Source: a virus (taxonomy: Duplodnaviria; Caudoviricetes). From it: DNA of 53,004 bases. Positions 51,602-53,004 of this stretch are shown here, in pieces. The position numbers and the translations under genes were made by a program. Below the pieces are notes generated by a model. The model saw nothing but the letters and a program-made list of their open reading frames with translations, had not been told where the DNA came from and ran no database searches. Within the stretch, counting starts at the first letter, position 1, and the number at the start of each line of letters is the position of its first letter. Where the stretch lies: IMG/VR virus record IMGVR_UViG_3300030333_000934, positions 1 to 53,004 of that record. One strand, given 5' to 3'.

Positions 51602-52504
51602 ATGAAAAAGATAACAATGCCTGCGACACCTAATTTCGTAAGATCTAATTTTGCATTAGTTAGGACTGTAAGCCAGACTATGTCCCCATTTTCTGGAAAA
51701 GTGCGAACACAAGATTTTGGAGGAGTATTTTGGAAAATGGAAGCGCAACTCCCCCCTATGTCTAGAGCGCAAGCAGTAGAGTGGCAAAGTTTCTTATTAG
51801 AAGCCGAAGGGCAGACTAATGTATTTGAACTTGCAGACCCAGATGCTAAGACTAATACAGGAACATATAATCAATCACATTTACAAGTAGAAGCAAGAAT
51901 TACAGATACCAGTGTTACTCTTACTTGGGCCAACTCAACTAGCAGATTAACAAGTAGTGACGCAGTATTTACTACATCAGCAGTAAGTGTTGGAGATTAC
52001 ATACATATAACTGGTGCAACTAACGAAGAAAATAATGGCACACATAAGATAACAGCTAGAGTAAGCGACACTATTGTTGTTCTAGGAGATAGTTATTTAA
52101 CAGATGAAAGTAATACAGCTAGTTGTAAAATACAGCAGAATGTAAAAGGGGCGACAGCTTTATCTCTAAAGGGATCTTCAAACTCAGCAACAGGAACAAT
52201 AAAGAAAGGAGATTATCTTGGGATAAGAACTACATCTAATTCTAGTGATACAACAAATCCTAGTGATCCACTACAGATAGTTATGGTCGTAGAAGATGCT
52301 ACTGAAACTGATGAAGGTGGAAGTGCTAGAAATCACTATAGTGTAAAGATACAACCTAAGCTAAGACAGAATTCTGCTGACGATCACTATATAAGATTTA
52401 CAAGTCCAAAAGGTATGTTTCGCCTTGTATCAAGTGAACAAGATTGGTCAGCAGATGCTGTAAGTAATTATGGGATCTCTATATCGTGTATTGAGGTAGT
52501 GTAA
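51602..52504 (+). CDS. Distal tail protein (Dit-like) with internal insertion
   Basis: SPFSG...Q...W....LPPM.R..A..W..F....G....F...DP, I.P.LR, P.G.FRL; directly after the tape measure gene. Confidence 0.72.
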   Translation: MKKITMPATPNFVRSNFALVRTVSQTMSPFSGKVRTQDFGGVFWKMEAQLPPMSRAQAVEWQSFLLEAEGQTNVFELADPDAKTNTGTYNQSHLQVEARITDTSVTLTWANSTSRLTSSDAVFTTSAVSVGDYIHITGATNEENNGTHKITARVSDTIVVLGDSYLTDESNTASCKIQQNVKGATALSLKGSSNSATGTIKKGDYLGIRTTSNSSDTTNPSDPLQIVMVVEDATETDEGGSARNHYSVKIQPKLRQNSADDHYIRFTSPKGMFRLVSSEQDWSADAVSNYGISISCIEVV

Positions 52505-53004
52505 TGGCTACTAGACCCAATCTAACTACACCTGTAACAACAAGGCTCGGATCTGATACACAGAAAGGTTTATTTTTTGCTATAAAAGCCGAATTTGACA
52601 CATCTACTGTTAGGGTTTGGTCAGGAAAAGAAACTCTATCTATCGGAGGAGAAGATTATATTGGTGGTGGAGATCTAATTAATGTTGCTCCTGTAAAAGA
52701 ATCAAATGATGTTAGATCAGAGGGATTAACTATAACCATATCTGGTATGAATGATACGATTATGGGTTATGCAGTAGCAGAAAATTATCACTTCCGACCA
52801 CTTACTTTTATGATGGGATATTTAATGGGCGACTCTCTTGAAGTAGCAGGTACAATAACCCTGTTTAAAGGTCGTATGATTGTCCTAACAGTAAATGATA
52901 ACCCTAACTCTCCTACTATTACCATTCAATGTGAAAATCGCTTAGCCGATCTCTCTCGCCCTTCTAATTTACGATATACAAAAGAATCGCAAGAGTATTT
53001 AGCA
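52504..53004 (+). CDS. 5' part of tail tip/hub protein (continues at position 137); absent from ORF track
   Basis: TAATG-coupled start MATRPNLTT...VRVWSG..Y.G.G.L; open through the terminal repeat and in frame with ORF 8-727. Confidence 0.85.
   Translation, partial: MATRPNLTTPVTTRLGSDTQKGLFFAIKAEFDTSTVRVWSGKETLSIGGEDYIGGGDLINVAPVKESNDVRSEGLTITISGMNDTIMGYAVAENYHFRPLTFMMGYLMGDSLEVAGTITLFKGRMIVLTVNDNPNSPTITIQCENRLADLSRPSNLRYTKESQEYLA
52869..53004. repeat. Terminal direct repeat, copy 2
   Basis: Matches 1-136 with one mismatch. Confidence 0.97.

Overview
The window is an apparently complete, circularly permuted genome (~52.9 kb; the first 136 bp recur at 52869-53004) of an AT-rich, long-tailed dsDNA phage with an HK97-type head. 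Spanins point to a Gram-negative host. A marine host is suggested by gene content only. Modules in order: tail tip and fibre genes (52504-6537, wrapping the ends); a lysis region (6552-14602) interrupted by a CsgF/CsgG/curlin-like/FecR/CHASE2-adenylate cyclase cassette; leftward early and recombination genes (14610-21079); a Cro-like gene heading a cytidylyltransferase-ParB-glycosyltransferase-epimerase operon (21207-24390); replication (primase-helicase, initiator, UDP-glucose dehydrogenase); packaging and head (28121-35884); a ~10 kb insertion (35988-45987); neck and tail (45984-52504). The strongest candidate for a new system is in that insertion. A 1398-aa collagen-like fibre whose lysines all sit in the Y position of Gly-X-Y is co-transcribed with a single 621-aa protein fusing a COLGALT-like GT25 domain, a PLOD/LH3-like glycosyltransferase domain and a PLOD-like lysyl-hydroxylase domain. 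That is the whole animal-type Lys to Hyl to Gal-Hyl to Glc-Gal-Hyl pathway in one phage polypeptide, with a second 2OG-Fe(II) oxygenase, an FkbM methyltransferase and a cupin alongside. No integrase, CI-type repressor, DNA polymerase, tRNA or CRISPR array was recognised. All family assignments are by eye from motifs, without database searches.
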